Counted from the first letter of the stretch, positions 29,028 to 40,727 are shown. The stretch is 51,222 nucleotides of DNA from Oleispira sp. (GCA_002708475.1 PAOL01000024.1:1-51222), one strand, 5' to 3'. The notes: a model not told the origin generated them from the sequence alone. Numbers and translations are program-made.

Positions 29028-30228
29028 TACGACAGCCAATAATATATTACACGCCGTTAACGGTTACCAAGATGCGTTAGACCACCAGCGTGAATTAAGT
29101 AAAACTGGAACAGATTACAATGAACAAAATGGTAAGGTTGCGAATACGATTGCTAGCTTACACCCTAAGCGTTTAGAGCTTGTCGTTAGTGAAATTATTG
29201 AAGACACTCAAAGCACTAAAACATTACGTTTAAAATCTAAAAATAATTTTTTACCGCCTTTCCAAGCTGGGCAATACATTAATTTATTTGTGAATATTAA
29301 GGGCACAGAAACTGCTCGCCCTTATGCGATTTCCTCTGCACCACAAGAAAGAAGCTTTTACGATCTTACGATTAAAAAAGTAGCCGAGGGTTTTGTTTCG
29401 CATTTTTTGCTAAGTGATGTCAAAGTCGGTGATCATTTTACCAGTACTGGCCCCATGGGAACCTTCTATCATAATCCACTATTTCATGGTGATGATTTAG
29501 TATTTTTAGCAGGTGGTTCTGGCATTGCTCCTGCGCGGAGCATGATACTTAATATGATCGAAGATACCCTTCAACATCGTAAAACGACGCGAAAACTACA
29601 CCTCATTTATGCGTCTAGCTATGAAGCAGATGTCATTTATGAAAATGAATTAAAAAAATTAGAAGAGAAACATGACTTTTTAACCATCACCTGGTTAATT
29701 TCGCGACCTACAAAAAATTATTCGGGCCGGACTGGGCATGTAAGTGCCGAGCTCATAACCGAATTACTGGGAGACGACTTAGAAACACTGCAAGAAAAAA
29801 TGTTTTATATTTGTGGCCCCACCAGTTTCCATGATTATTGTGCTGAGCAATTAAAACAATTAAAAGTAAAAGCAAGACGTGTACGCATTGAGTGCAATGG
29901 TCCACCAAAACATCCTGAAACCCTATCAGGCTGGCCTGAAAACCTTATTGCCAGCGATAAAGTTCAAGTAACAATTCATAAGGCTGACGGCAGCCAAGGT
30001 CAATTTGAAGCTAGGGTCGATGAGCCACTATTAAACAGCATGGAACGTAACGGGTATAGTGCTGAAAATGCATGCAGATCAGGTGAATGCAGCCTATGCC
30101 GAGTTAAAGTATTAAAAGGTTCGGTATTCAACCCAGCAGAGGCACATTTACGATCAACAGATGAAGCCTATGGCTGGTGCCATTCATGCGTCGCCTTCCC
30201 GACCAGTAATGTGGAGATTCTACTATAG
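29020..30228 (+). CDS. FAD/NAD(P)-binding ferredoxin reductase with C-terminal 2Fe-2S domain
   Basis: FQAGQY, RPYAISS, LAGGSGIAP, YICGP, CRSGECSLC...C. Confidence 0.9.
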   Translation: MPNTTANNILHAVNGYQDALDHQRELSKTGTDYNEQNGKVANTIASLHPKRLELVVSEIIEDTQSTKTLRLKSKNNFLPPFQAGQYINLFVNIKGTETARPYAISSAPQERSFYDLTIKKVAEGFVSHFLLSDVKVGDHFTSTGPMGTFYHNPLFHGDDLVFLAGGSGIAPARSMILNMIEDTLQHRKTTRKLHLIYASSYEADVIYENELKKLEEKHDFLTITWLISRPTKNYSGRTGHVSAELITELLGDDLETLQEKMFYICGPTSFHDYCAEQLKQLKVKARRVRIECNGPPKHPETLSGWPENLIASDKVQVTIHKADGSQGQFEARVDEPLLNSMERNGYSAENACRSGECSLCRVKVLKGSVFNPAEAHLRSTDEAYGWCHSCVAFPTSNVEILL

Positions 30229-30270
30229 AAGCGGGCTTCAGCTTTTAAAGATAATGATTTTACTGATACG

Positions 30271-30933
30271 TTAGATCGTATCTTTGAAGTCATCTGAAAA
30301 AGGAGTGGCCGCCATTAAGAAGTGCTTGAAACTAGTCCCTTCAGGCACTTGAATATGGCCTTCAATAATTAACGCTGCCATCCCATGTACCATAGCCCAC
30401 GCGCCTAACGCTTGGGCTTTGACCCGCTCTTCAGTATCACCACGCAAAGCAAAGGCATCACATAATAAGATAAACGGCTTTTTACTGCTTTCTATAAAAG
30501 GGCTGCTAACAGATGTTTTCTCAATACTAGTCGTATCATCAAGAACTGTTTGTTCTTTTTTGCCTTTACGCCCTGTTGTTTCGACCTGCCCTAACATTAA
30601 ACGGTAGAGCTGAGGATTCGAAGTAGAAAACTCTAAATAACTCGCACCATACGCTAATACTAGTTCTCTTGGCGACAAAGACTTCTTTGCTTTTAATTCT
30701 AAAGCCACCGCTTCCATCGTATCAGCCATCTGCACGAACCCAGCTTCAGCGATGCTTTTAATGAGTTCTTTCTTATTTTTAAAATGTGCATAAGGAGCCA
30801 TATGAGAAACGCCAACCTCGGCGGCAATTGCTCGTAAAGATAAGGCATCAGCACCATCACGTACTAGCATAATATTAGCTGCCTCGATTAAGGAAGCTTT
30901 CAAATCACCATGATGATACTGTTTAGAACTCAT
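30271..30933 (-). CDS. TetR/AcrR family regulator (YHHGDL, WHG type)
   Basis: YHHGDLK, SLRAIA..GVSHMAPYAHF, WAMVHG. Confidence 0.93.
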   Translation of the reverse strand: MSSKQYHHGDLKASLIEAANIMLVRDGADALSLRAIAAEVGVSHMAPYAHFKNKKELIKSIAEAGFVQMADTMEAVALELKAKKSLSPRELVLAYGASYLEFSTSNPQLYRLMLGQVETTGRKGKKEQTVLDDTTSIEKTSVSSPFIESSKKPFILLCDAFALRGDTEERVKAQALGAWAMVHGMAALIIEGHIQVPEGTSFKHFLMAATPFSDDFKDTI

Positions 30934-31001
30934 ACAAAAAAAGCCCAGAAGGATAAAAATAGAGACGTAGTATAACCTAAACCCCTAACTCAGTTGTATC
31001 A

Positions 31002-31736
31002 TTAACTATCTAATGCAACACCAACATTAAGCGCTTCAAACCAATCAAAAAATTGTTCGACTTCTTTTCCACGAAATATACGGCCATGCTGCGGTAGCAT
31101 CATATCGATATCCAATTTCCGCACCCTCTTTAACCAGTGGTTTTTTGCTTCATTACTCGGCATCCAGCGCTGATGAAAGAATTTCATTTTATCGCAATGA
31201 CTATCAAAATCTTCGATAAATAACGAGCTATCTTGTGGCTCAAGAGCAGCCCCAATATCCCCCGAGAATAAGATCTTAGCGACAGGGTCATACACATGAA
31301 AATTAGCCGAAGAATGCAGATAATGAGCAGGAATAAACTGTAATGTCGTATCACCTATCTTCAACTCTCCACCGCCATCTTTAATGCCACAAAACTCAAT
31401 ATTTTCACAACCAAAATGACGGATGAAGCCTTCCCATAGGTTCGGGGTATAAAGCTTGGCTTTTGGAATCACCTGATCCCACATGCCTAAAGATGAAATA
31501 ATGTCAGGGTCTTGATGCGATGCAAATAAATGGGTTACTTGTTCAAGAGGAATAAATTTCAATATCGTTGACAACATGGCTGAAAATATTTCTATCCCTC
31601 CAGGATCAAGCACCAATGATTCTTTACCACTAACCACCATATACTGATTGGTATCTATTATTTTTTCTGGTTTATCAGGATCTCGGGCAAACACATACCA
31701 TTGATGTTTATCATCGAATAACAATTTAGCTTCCAT
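31002..31736 (-). CDS. MBL-fold oxygen-binding di-iron protein (ODP)-like
   Basis: IDTNQY, DPGG, SHQDPD, AHYLHS, FSGDIG, PQHG; no flavodoxin domain. Confidence 0.85.
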   Translation of the reverse strand: MEAKLLFDDKHQWYVFARDPDKPEKIIDTNQYMVVSGKESLVLDPGGIEIFSAMLSTILKFIPLEQVTHLFASHQDPDIISSLGMWDQVIPKAKLYTPNLWEGFIRHFGCENIEFCGIKDGGGELKIGDTTLQFIPAHYLHSSANFHVYDPVAKILFSGDIGAALEPQDSSLFIEDFDSHCDKMKFFHQRWMPSNEAKNHWLKRVRKLDIDMMLPQHGRIFRGKEVEQFFDWFEALNVGVALDS

Positions 31737-31788
31737 CTCTTTTTCCTTTATTCCTTATCATTAAATAGCCATTAGCCTAATTTACTGC

Positions 31789-32391
31789 TTAAGACTGCAA
31801 TAAACGATCGATGTATGACTTTGCATCAAGCACGTGCTGCTTTATTTTTTCTGAAAACACATCAATATTATTCGCCATATCTTCCAAAATGCCTTGATAC
31901 TCATCTGTTTGCGTTGCCTCTAAGCGAAAAGACACGGCAACCACTCGGCTTGCCTGCATGTATTGCTGAATTTCTTCTAGCTGACTTTCTAGGCTTCTAA
32001 TTTCAATATTAAAACGATTATTGATACCTTCCTGCCTTTGTCTCGTTTCTGTAATAATTAAAAGAACGTCATCATTTTCCGTTTTTTCTTGGCTATCAAA
32101 TAAGTGATCAACCAAGGTATTTTGACGCCAACGCTCAACGGCTAAATGTGAGATATCTAAAGAGATAGTATTGATTGCTTCAGCTAGTTTAATTGTCTTT
32201 AAAGCAAGGTCAGCAAAGTATTCTGAAATAACCTTTAGCCCTGCCACTCGGCTGCCCGCCCTATGAACAATAGCTTGAGAGTTCTTTGCGGCAAGGGAAA
32301 GCTGGCGTGCAATCATGCTGGCGCGGTAAAGCTCACCTGCAACTTGAGAGGATGTAATAGCGGATTTGACGGGGCTGTATTCTTTGACCAT
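31789..32391 (-). CDS. Soluble degenerate MCP-signalling-domain-like protein
   Basis: QLSLAAKNSQAIVHRAGSRVAGLKVISE resembles the MCP hairpin LLALNAAIEAARAG..G.GFAVVA.E; coiled coil, no TM. Confidence 0.65.
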   Translation of the reverse strand: MVKEYSPVKSAITSSQVAGELYRASMIARQLSLAAKNSQAIVHRAGSRVAGLKVISEYFADLALKTIKLAEAINTISLDISHLAVERWRQNTLVDHLFDSQEKTENDDVLLIITETRQRQEGINNRFNIEIRSLESQLEEIQQYMQASRVVAVSFRLEATQTDEYQGILEDMANNIDVFSEKIKQHVLDAKSYIDRLLQS

Positions 32392-32545
32392 AAGCTTAAA
32401 ACTATCTACTAGCTTTTTAAGGAGTTATGAACAAAGCATAGTCGAGCTTATTAATGTAAGGAGAGGAAATACCAGATTATTCGCTACGATGAACGAATAA
32501 CCTCATATAATTAAAATATTTACTAGGCAGATGGGTTTTAGCTAA

Positions 32546-34553
<2,008 letters not shown>

Positions 34554-34767
34554 CTAGCTTGTTCCTATGACTATTGTGTCATAAGCAGATTAAGATGAAG
34601 ATGAGTTAATAACTAAGAATAGTTATTCATCTTAAGATTATGAAGTTATTATAATTGTTTCTCAATGAATGATAATATGCGTAAATATCAAGTCACTTTT
34701 ACCATATCGTAATAATTAATTAGTGACGAGCCAGTGACAATAGACAGCAAAACGAAAAGGGATTCTG

Positions 34768-35658
34768 ATGAGCACTATGCAATGGCAAGGCATCTGTGAG
34801 TTTACCGCTGTAGCTGAGAGTGGCAACTTCACTCAAGCGGCAAAGAAATTATTAATCTCAACTGCTCAAGTCAGCCGTCAGGTGAGTGAATTAGAACAGC
34901 GTCTCAATACCAAGCTATTTTATCGCACGACCCGCAAAGTAACTCTCACCGAAGAAGGTCAGTTGTTTTATCAACAATGCCGCGGAATTTTAGACAGGCT
35001 AGAAAATGCTGAGCGATCACTTACCAACCTACAATCGACTCCTCAGGGTAAGATTAAAATTTCGGCACCAGTGACTTATGGTGAGCGTCATATCATCCCC
35101 TTGATTAATCAATTCTTAATACAATATCCGCAAGTTGAAATTGAAGTTCAATTGAGTAATCAACGAATCAACCTTATAGAAGAAGGTTATGACTTGGCCA
35201 TCCGCTTAGGTCAACTAGATGACTCTAGTTTAATAGCCAAGCGTATTTCATCGCGTCAGCACTTCTTATGCGCATCACCCAGCTATATAGAACAACATGG
35301 AAAACCCGAAATCATTAACGATTTAAAACATCATAACTGTTTATTAGGCAGTGCGGATTTTTGGCTATTTTCCGATCCTAAAAGCAAAGATCAGCAGAGT
35401 GATAAAAAAATTCGAGTGACTGGCAGCCTGCGTTGCAATAGCGGCTTAGGATTAGTCGACGCCGCTTTGAAAGGTATCGGCATAGTACAGCTGCCTGAAT
35501 ATTATATTAGCGAACATATTAATAAAGGTGAGCTGATAACTTTATTAGAACAACAACAAAGAGAACAAGAAGGGATTTGGGCACTTTACCCACAAAATAA
35601 ATATCTTGCGAGTAAAGTGAGGTTGTTAATTGATTTTCTACAAGACAATCTAAATTAA
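34768..35658 (+). CDS. LysR family regulator, divergent from frmA
   Basis: FTQAAKKL..STAQVSRQV, LFYRTTRKV.LT, DLAIR. Confidence 0.95.
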   Translation: MSTMQWQGICEFTAVAESGNFTQAAKKLLISTAQVSRQVSELEQRLNTKLFYRTTRKVTLTEEGQLFYQQCRGILDRLENAERSLTNLQSTPQGKIKISAPVTYGERHIIPLINQFLIQYPQVEIEVQLSNQRINLIEEGYDLAIRLGQLDDSSLIAKRISSRQHFLCASPSYIEQHGKPEIINDLKHHNCLLGSADFWLFSDPKSKDQQSDKKIRVTGSLRCNSGLGLVDAALKGIGIVQLPEYYISEHINKGELITLLEQQQREQEGIWALYPQNKYLASKVRLLIDFLQDNLN

Positions 35659-36116
35659 CTAAAGAACTTCCATTTTAGGAATCTATCAATTGAGATAGCA
35701 CCCGATCCCCATAAAACTATCTGCGCCAACAAGACGCCCCAAAGCACGTGCAATGTTAATGCTGCGGGGGCAATTGCTTCTAAACTAATAACCGCAACGA
35801 TATTAACGATTGACAGACCCGCTGCTGAAAAACGTCCACCCAGTCCTAAAAATAGTAATACAGGTAATATTAATTCCCCTGCCGTGCCAAGCCAAGCGGC
35901 TAGCTCAAAATTAATAAAAGGAACGGCGTATTCTTCTTCAAATAAAAATAGTGTGCTTTCCCAATCTCGTAATTTTGTCAGCCCCGATGCAAAAAATACC
36001 CAACCCACATAAAAGCGTGTCGCTAAGAGTGCTAATGGTTGGAGTAAATTAAATTTATTGATAAAAGCAAAATACACCTGTCCAAATCGCTCTACCTTCT
36101 TGACATAGTTATTCAT
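35655..36116 (-). CDS. DoxX family membrane protein (BufD-like)
   Basis: FFASGLTK, LFEEEY, ELILPVLL.LG, G.G..S.D. Confidence 0.88.
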   Translation of the reverse strand: MNNYVKKVERFGQVYFAFINKFNLLQPLALLATRFYVGWVFFASGLTKLRDWESTLFLFEEEYAVPFINFELAAWLGTAGELILPVLLFLGLGGRFSAAGLSIVNIVAVISLEAIAPAALTLHVLWGVLLAQIVLWGSGAISIDRFLKWKFFS

Positions 36117-36148
36117 AATATATTCCTCATCATTCGTATTAAATTTTT

Positions 36149-36892
36149 CTACATTTTCTTTAGACTAAAAATTAAATTTTGCTGAATTGCTAACGGCAAC
36201 CAAGTCTCTAAGGAAAACTTTTGATCCTGTATAAGCAGTGTATCTAAAGCCTTTCCAATACTGCTGCCCTGCTGCATCAGCTGAAGCCAATTAAGCTCAG
36301 CCGAATCGATTTCTCGTATTAAGGGTTTATATTGCGGGCGATAAATTAAACATTTTTGGCCAATATTATTGGCTAACTTTTGTTGCGCTTTATGAAGAGA
36401 TGTTTCTGCATAATCAGATTGAGTATTAGCTTGATAGATTTCAATAACAGGGTAATCCGATTCTAGAATTCTAATAGCAGGATTTAATATCAACCGCAGC
36501 TGGTCCAATTCGCATTCTGCTAGCAAGGTCATAGAAGCCATATCAACAGCTGTATCTTTCTCTCGCCCTTGCATATGCATTAAGAAATCAAGACGAGCAA
36601 TATCAATAACAGAAGGGTATTCTTGCAATGCAGGCAAGTTACTTAATAAATCTGGAAAATTTCTTCCCCAAAGCCCCCAATCACCAGAATTAGGAAAGTC
36701 TACTTTCAATAATTGTTTAGTGGCATAAGCAAAAAGATCATCACCGATAAGCTTTAATACCGTTGGATAACTGATTTGCAGAGCACGTACTGCATTTGCC
36801 TGTAAGTTTCGTTGATAAATCGCCAAGCCTTTTTCTTCAAACTCAGAGCTTGTGTTAAAGATGGCATTCACCAATTGCTGCTGATCATTCAT
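36149..36892 (-). CDS. DUF2063 MNIO partner protein (BufC/HvfC-like)
   Basis: GLAIYQRNL, YP.V..LIG...F, WG..FP, ARLD. Confidence 0.85.
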   Translation of the reverse strand: MNDQQQLVNAIFNTSSEFEEKGLAIYQRNLQANAVRALQISYPTVLKLIGDDLFAYATKQLLKVDFPNSGDWGLWGRNFPDLLSNLPALQEYPSVIDIARLDFLMHMQGREKDTAVDMASMTLLAECELDQLRLILNPAIRILESDYPVIEIYQANTQSDYAETSLHKAQQKLANNIGQKCLIYRPQYKPLIREIDSAELNWLQLMQQGSSIGKALDTLLIQDQKFSLETWLPLAIQQNLIFSLKKM

Positions 36893-37790
36893 TATTCATC
36901 ACCAATTCAGAAACAATTCGTGCTTTATGAGCTTCTAGTAATAATTCTTGCCAGCTGGGTAAGTTATTATCCCACTCGATCAATGTCGGAACGGCTCCAA
37001 AGCGTTGTAATGCAAATTCATATAACTGCCAGCCATGATCACTAATGGGCTGGCTATGATCATCAATTGCAAGCTCTCCCTCTGCTACAGGTGTAAAGCC
37101 AGCTAAGTGAATTTCGCCAACAACATGTGCCGGTATTTTCTGTAACCAATCCTTCGCATATTCAAGCGCAGGAATATCTGAAAAGTTATTCGCGTTAACT
37201 ACTAAATTATTTAAGTCGATTAATAAACCGCATTGAGTAAGCTCGGTTAAGGCAACTAAAAAGTCTGTCTCAATTAGTATTGAATCTTTTGGTTGTAAAT
37301 AGGCCGATAGATTTTCAATCAACAGTCTTTTTCCTGTTAATTGCTGCACGGCATCAATATTATTCGCCATGTTTTTTAAATTCTTTTCATTAAATGCAAT
37401 CGGTAATAAATCACCCGCATGCACAGATTCCCCTTCAATTTCACTCCAAGAAAATGCAGCATGATCTGACATTAAAAAGGGATTAACAATGTTCGCCAGC
37501 TCACTCAACGATTCTAAATAGCCACCCGCTATACTGGCCTTTGAACCTAAACCCAGTGCGGTAGAGTGCAAACTAACTGGATATTTCTCTGCCACTTCTT
37601 TAATTAATGCTCGACTTGCACCACCTTGAGCAAAGAAGTTTTCAGAATGTACTTCAACAAAATCGATTTGCATTGAATCACTTGCTTCAATATTTAAAGA
37701 AGGGGCTAATACATCAGCATAGTGTGGATGACGTAAACCTACGCCAATAGCCACTTTATTTTCAGATTTGAATTCACCAATCGTCTTCAC
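36885..37790 (-). CDS. DUF692 multinuclear non-heme iron oxidative enzyme (MNIO; BufB/HvfB-like)
   Basis: GVGLRHPH, EVHSENF, SDH, IENLS, LIDLNN, EIHLAG, IDDH, LIEWD. Confidence 0.93.
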   Translation of the reverse strand: MKTIGEFKSENKVAIGVGLRHPHYADVLAPSLNIEASDSMQIDFVEVHSENFFAQGGASRALIKEVAEKYPVSLHSTALGLGSKASIAGGYLESLSELANIVNPFLMSDHAAFSWSEIEGESVHAGDLLPIAFNEKNLKNMANNIDAVQQLTGKRLLIENLSAYLQPKDSILIETDFLVALTELTQCGLLIDLNNLVVNANNFSDIPALEYAKDWLQKIPAHVVGEIHLAGFTPVAEGELAIDDHSQPISDHGWQLYEFALQRFGAVPTLIEWDNNLPSWQELLLEAHKARIVSELVMNNE

Positions 37791-37845
37791 TGGTATTAGC
37801 CCCTCTTAAAAATATTTTACTTTTCTGCGATTTCACTTTTTAAAG

Positions 37846-38121
37846 CTACTTGCTCGCGTTATATTGACGCTTAGCTTCAGCCTTAGTTAACCCACCTAAA
37901 TCAAGGCAAGTTCCTTTCGCCACAGCCTTCCACTCGCCAGGATCGTTATCGACAGTCGACTGCCCTGCGCACGAGTGTGTCCCGGCTAAATTACTGCAGT
38001 CATTTTGGCCTGCCTCTGCGATGCCATAACATTTTTCTTTTCCTGCCGCTTGTGCAGGAATTGCAGTACCAGCTGCCAAAACAGCAAGTAAAGCAGCATT
38101 AGCGATTAATTTTTTATTCAT
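37846..38121 (-). CDS. DUF2282 bufferin-type secreted RiPP precursor (BufA1-like)
   Basis: Signal peptide ending AQA; EKCYG...GQNDC...HSCAG...W...GTC...GG, four Cys. Confidence 0.9.
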   Translation of the reverse strand: MNKKLIANAALLAVLAAGTAIPAQAAGKEKCYGIAEAGQNDCSNLAGTHSCAGQSTVDNDPGEWKAVAKGTCLDLGGLTKAEAKRQYNASK

Positions 38122-38151
38122 TTGAAGCTCCGTTGATAATTTATAAAGGGA

Positions 38152-38631
38152 TTAACCTTCGTTTAAAGTAGTTGCATTTAAGTTTTTAATTTCAGGCCAG
38201 TTATGCTCTGAAGTTTCTAAGTTACCAGGAACATCTGAAAGCCATTTCTTCTGTACAGCTTTATTCAGATTTAAATACAGCTTGTTACCTTCTATATACC
38301 AAGCTGTTGGATCAACCGTTAGTTTCTTCTCTAGCGCAACACCCATTGCACAAAAGCCACCGTATTGAGGCGCATAGTATTCTGGATTTGCACGAAACAT
38401 ATTACGGTTTTCAGCACTAGAGAACTGATAAATAGCGTTCTTATAAGTCGCTGTATATTTAGCACTACCAAGAGTTGGCTTGCTGTCGGTAAAGTATGAA
38501 ACTGTGTCATAGCCACTGATCGCAATGTCATTGTCATCTGCGCTCATGTCGATATCAGCAGCAAAAGCAACGCTACTTAATGCGAATGTGCTGACAGCAA
38601 CAACGGATTTAATTGCGCTAGAAAGGGTCAT
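38152..38631 (-). CDS. Periplasmic YHS-domain (seleno)protein family member, Cys form
   Basis: Signal peptide; AISGYDTVSYF, F.S..N...F...P..Y.PQYGGFCA, KLYLN. Confidence 0.85.
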   Translation of the reverse strand: MTLSSAIKSVVAVSTFALSSVAFAADIDMSADDNDIAISGYDTVSYFTDSKPTLGSAKYTATYKNAIYQFSSAENRNMFRANPEYYAPQYGGFCAMGVALEKKLTVDPTAWYIEGNKLYLNLNKAVQKKWLSDVPGNLETSEHNWPEIKNLNATTLNEG

Positions 38632-38719
38632 AGGTATTACTCCACTTGATTTAACAAAGAGCCAGTTGTGGTTGGCAGTGAAGCTAGGTTACGGGTTTGT
38701 CGGTGGATAATGGGATGAT

Positions 38720-38748
38720 ATAGTCCAGACTTTGGTTCAAATCGTCCA
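38720..38748 (-). promoter_or_regulatory. 21-bp-period direct repeat, candidate AraC binding site
   Basis: Minus strand TGGACGAT-N13-TGGACTAT. Confidence 0.55.
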
Positions 38749-38792
38749 AAAATAAGCCAGTGGTAATAAAATTACGTTTATAGAGGCATCAA

Positions 38793-39626
38793 ATGGATCG
38801 TTTATCCGAAATACTTCTCCGCTTTTCAATGAATGCTCAGGTTTTCTTTAGTGGCAACCTATGCGGTATATATCCCTTTGGCGAAGCTGATAAGAGTGAA
38901 GGACATCTACATTTACTTAAATCAGGAAAGCTCACCCTAATCGATGCCAAAGGTGTAAAAACTGTATTTGAACGTCCGACCGTTATTTTCTTCCCTCAGG
39001 CAACACCACACAGAATCATTTCTAACGAGTCTGATAATGCAGAAATGGTGTGCGCAAGCATCAACTACAGCGATGGTTTCAACAACCCACTTGCAAGCGC
39101 ATTACCTAAGTTCCTGCACTTTGACATTGAAGAATCTGAACATCTAGGACAAACCGCCAATTGGTTATTTGAAGAAGCTTTTCATGAACGATGTGGTCGT
39201 CAGCCAATGATTGATCGCCTTTGTGATATTTTTTTGGTTCAAGTATTACGACAAGTTTTGGAAAATGGTGCAGTTGCCCATGGCATGCTAGCGGGCTTAT
39301 CTCACCCACAACTTAGCAAGGTAATGACTAAGATTCATGAACATCCTGAAAAGAATTGGAGCTTAGATTCACTGTCGAGCTTGGCAGCTATGTCACGGTC
39401 AAAGTTTGCCGAGTTATTTAAAGAAATCGTCGGCCAACCACCTGGAGATTACATCATGGAATGGCGATTATTTATTGCGCAAGGATTATTAAAAGAGAAT
39501 AAATCAGTAGGTCTTGTTGCCAATGAAGTTGGCTATGAGAATGGCTCAGCACTAGCCCGTGTTTTCCGTAAGAAAACAGGGCTATCGCCAAAAGAGTGGC
39601 TAGATAAGTTTAAATCTCCTTCTTAA
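38793..39626 (+). CDS. AraC family regulator with cupin sensor domain (RclR-like)
   Basis: MDRLS, SGNLCG, EMVCA, LAGL.HPQL, MSRSKFA, double HTH. Confidence 0.9.
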   Translation: MDRLSEILLRFSMNAQVFFSGNLCGIYPFGEADKSEGHLHLLKSGKLTLIDAKGVKTVFERPTVIFFPQATPHRIISNESDNAEMVCASINYSDGFNNPLASALPKFLHFDIEESEHLGQTANWLFEEAFHERCGRQPMIDRLCDIFLVQVLRQVLENGAVAHGMLAGLSHPQLSKVMTKIHEHPEKNWSLDSLSSLAAMSRSKFAELFKEIVGQPPGDYIMEWRLFIAQGLLKENKSVGLVANEVGYENGSALARVFRKKTGLSPKEWLDKFKSPS

Positions 39627-39656
39627 TATAACCAAAAGGCTTAAGAAATACTTAAA

Positions 39657-40304
39657 CTACATCATCTCTTTAACGGTACCAATTGCGCTTCCAACGCCGA
39701 CTTTTAATTTAAGCTTAAACAGTTCAAATGATTCACCTGCTGTTAACTCTTCATTATCACTGCAGCGTGGATCAGTTCGCTGAATAAGATCAATTACCTC
39801 TTTCGTGATTGGGATGGTTTCGCAGCCATGGGCATCTTCACATACCATATCCCATTGAGGCTTCGCCTGAATATGGCAAGCAAAGCAGTTACCGCCAAAA
39901 CGATTTACTACATCAGCAAATCCACGCTTACGAATTTCAGAGCCTTCTTCTGAAACGTCTAGCTCAAAGAATTCCCAATCCTTAGTCACAGGGCTATAGC
40001 CAACTTCATGTTTCACCATGACCTCACCAGGAACTAGCTGTACAACCGAACCGGGAGGATACACACCACCGGTTTCAGAGTTAGCTACTGCTAGCGTTGC
40101 GTCTATATCACCTTTCAAATTTCCTACATAAAAGCCACGTACCTTGGTCATATCTCGAATGCAGGTAAAGGTTTCACTAGTAATTGGCAACTGGCCTGGC
40201 TCTAATTGTATAGCAGCTTGTGAGTTTTCAGCAGCTGACACATTTACTATTGATACGCAAAAAGCTATTAGAGCTCTCAACCCTGTATTCATAAAAGATT
40301 TCAT
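39657..40304 (-). CDS. Exported monoheme c-type protein, cytochrome P460-like
   Basis: Signal peptide; YPPGS, MVK, DWEF, late CFACH motif. Confidence 0.6.
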   Translation of the reverse strand: MKSFMNTGLRALIAFCVSIVNVSAAENSQAAIQLEPGQLPITSETFTCIRDMTKVRGFYVGNLKGDIDATLAVANSETGGVYPPGSVVQLVPGEVMVKHEVGYSPVTKDWEFFELDVSEEGSEIRKRGFADVVNRFGGNCFACHIQAKPQWDMVCEDAHGCETIPITKEVIDLIQRTDPRCSDNEELTAGESFELFKLKLKVGVGSAIGTVKEMM

Positions 40305-40710
40305 ATAGGTCTTACCTTATTAAATTTATATTGCACACAATATAATTAAACGTGACTTAAGGTCAACTGATAACTTAATAGAATAAAATATATCCTCCCC
40401 CCTTCGCGTAATACGATGAAACCAATACTCATATCCAGTTTCAGTTTCAGTTTTTTTATATCATCGCCATAAAGGCGAACACTTATTCTCTTAAATTACC
40501 GTAAATTGTATTGTTGATAGCTCATAAGCGCCACTCTTTATCTTCACCTGTCCGAAATAAATAATACTTTAAAATAGGGTTATTTATCTGTTTTGTGTAC
40601 AGTTTAAAAAGCTGTCATTTAGCGACAAAACTGGACAAGCATTTGTTTACCTAAAGTAACAACTATAGATCTCATTAATACAAGATTATTGATTTCATTG
40701 GACTTTTTTT

Positions 40711-40727
40711 TTGGCACGGAAATAGCT
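40711..40727 (+). promoter_or_regulatory. Sigma54 (-24/-12) promoter for the peroxidase-family fusion gene
   Basis: TTGGCACGGAAATAGCT (GG-N10-GC); palindrome TGTC-N7-GACA at 40613-40627 is a candidate enhancer. Confidence 0.65.

Noticed and set aside
38152-38631. Selenoprotein
   Set aside because: The relevant codon is TGT (Cys) and there is no in-frame TGA.
40436-40458. CAGTTT tandem repeat and nearby small hairpin as an sRNA or terminator
   Set aside because: Only three short units, with no supporting promoter or recognisable RNA family.
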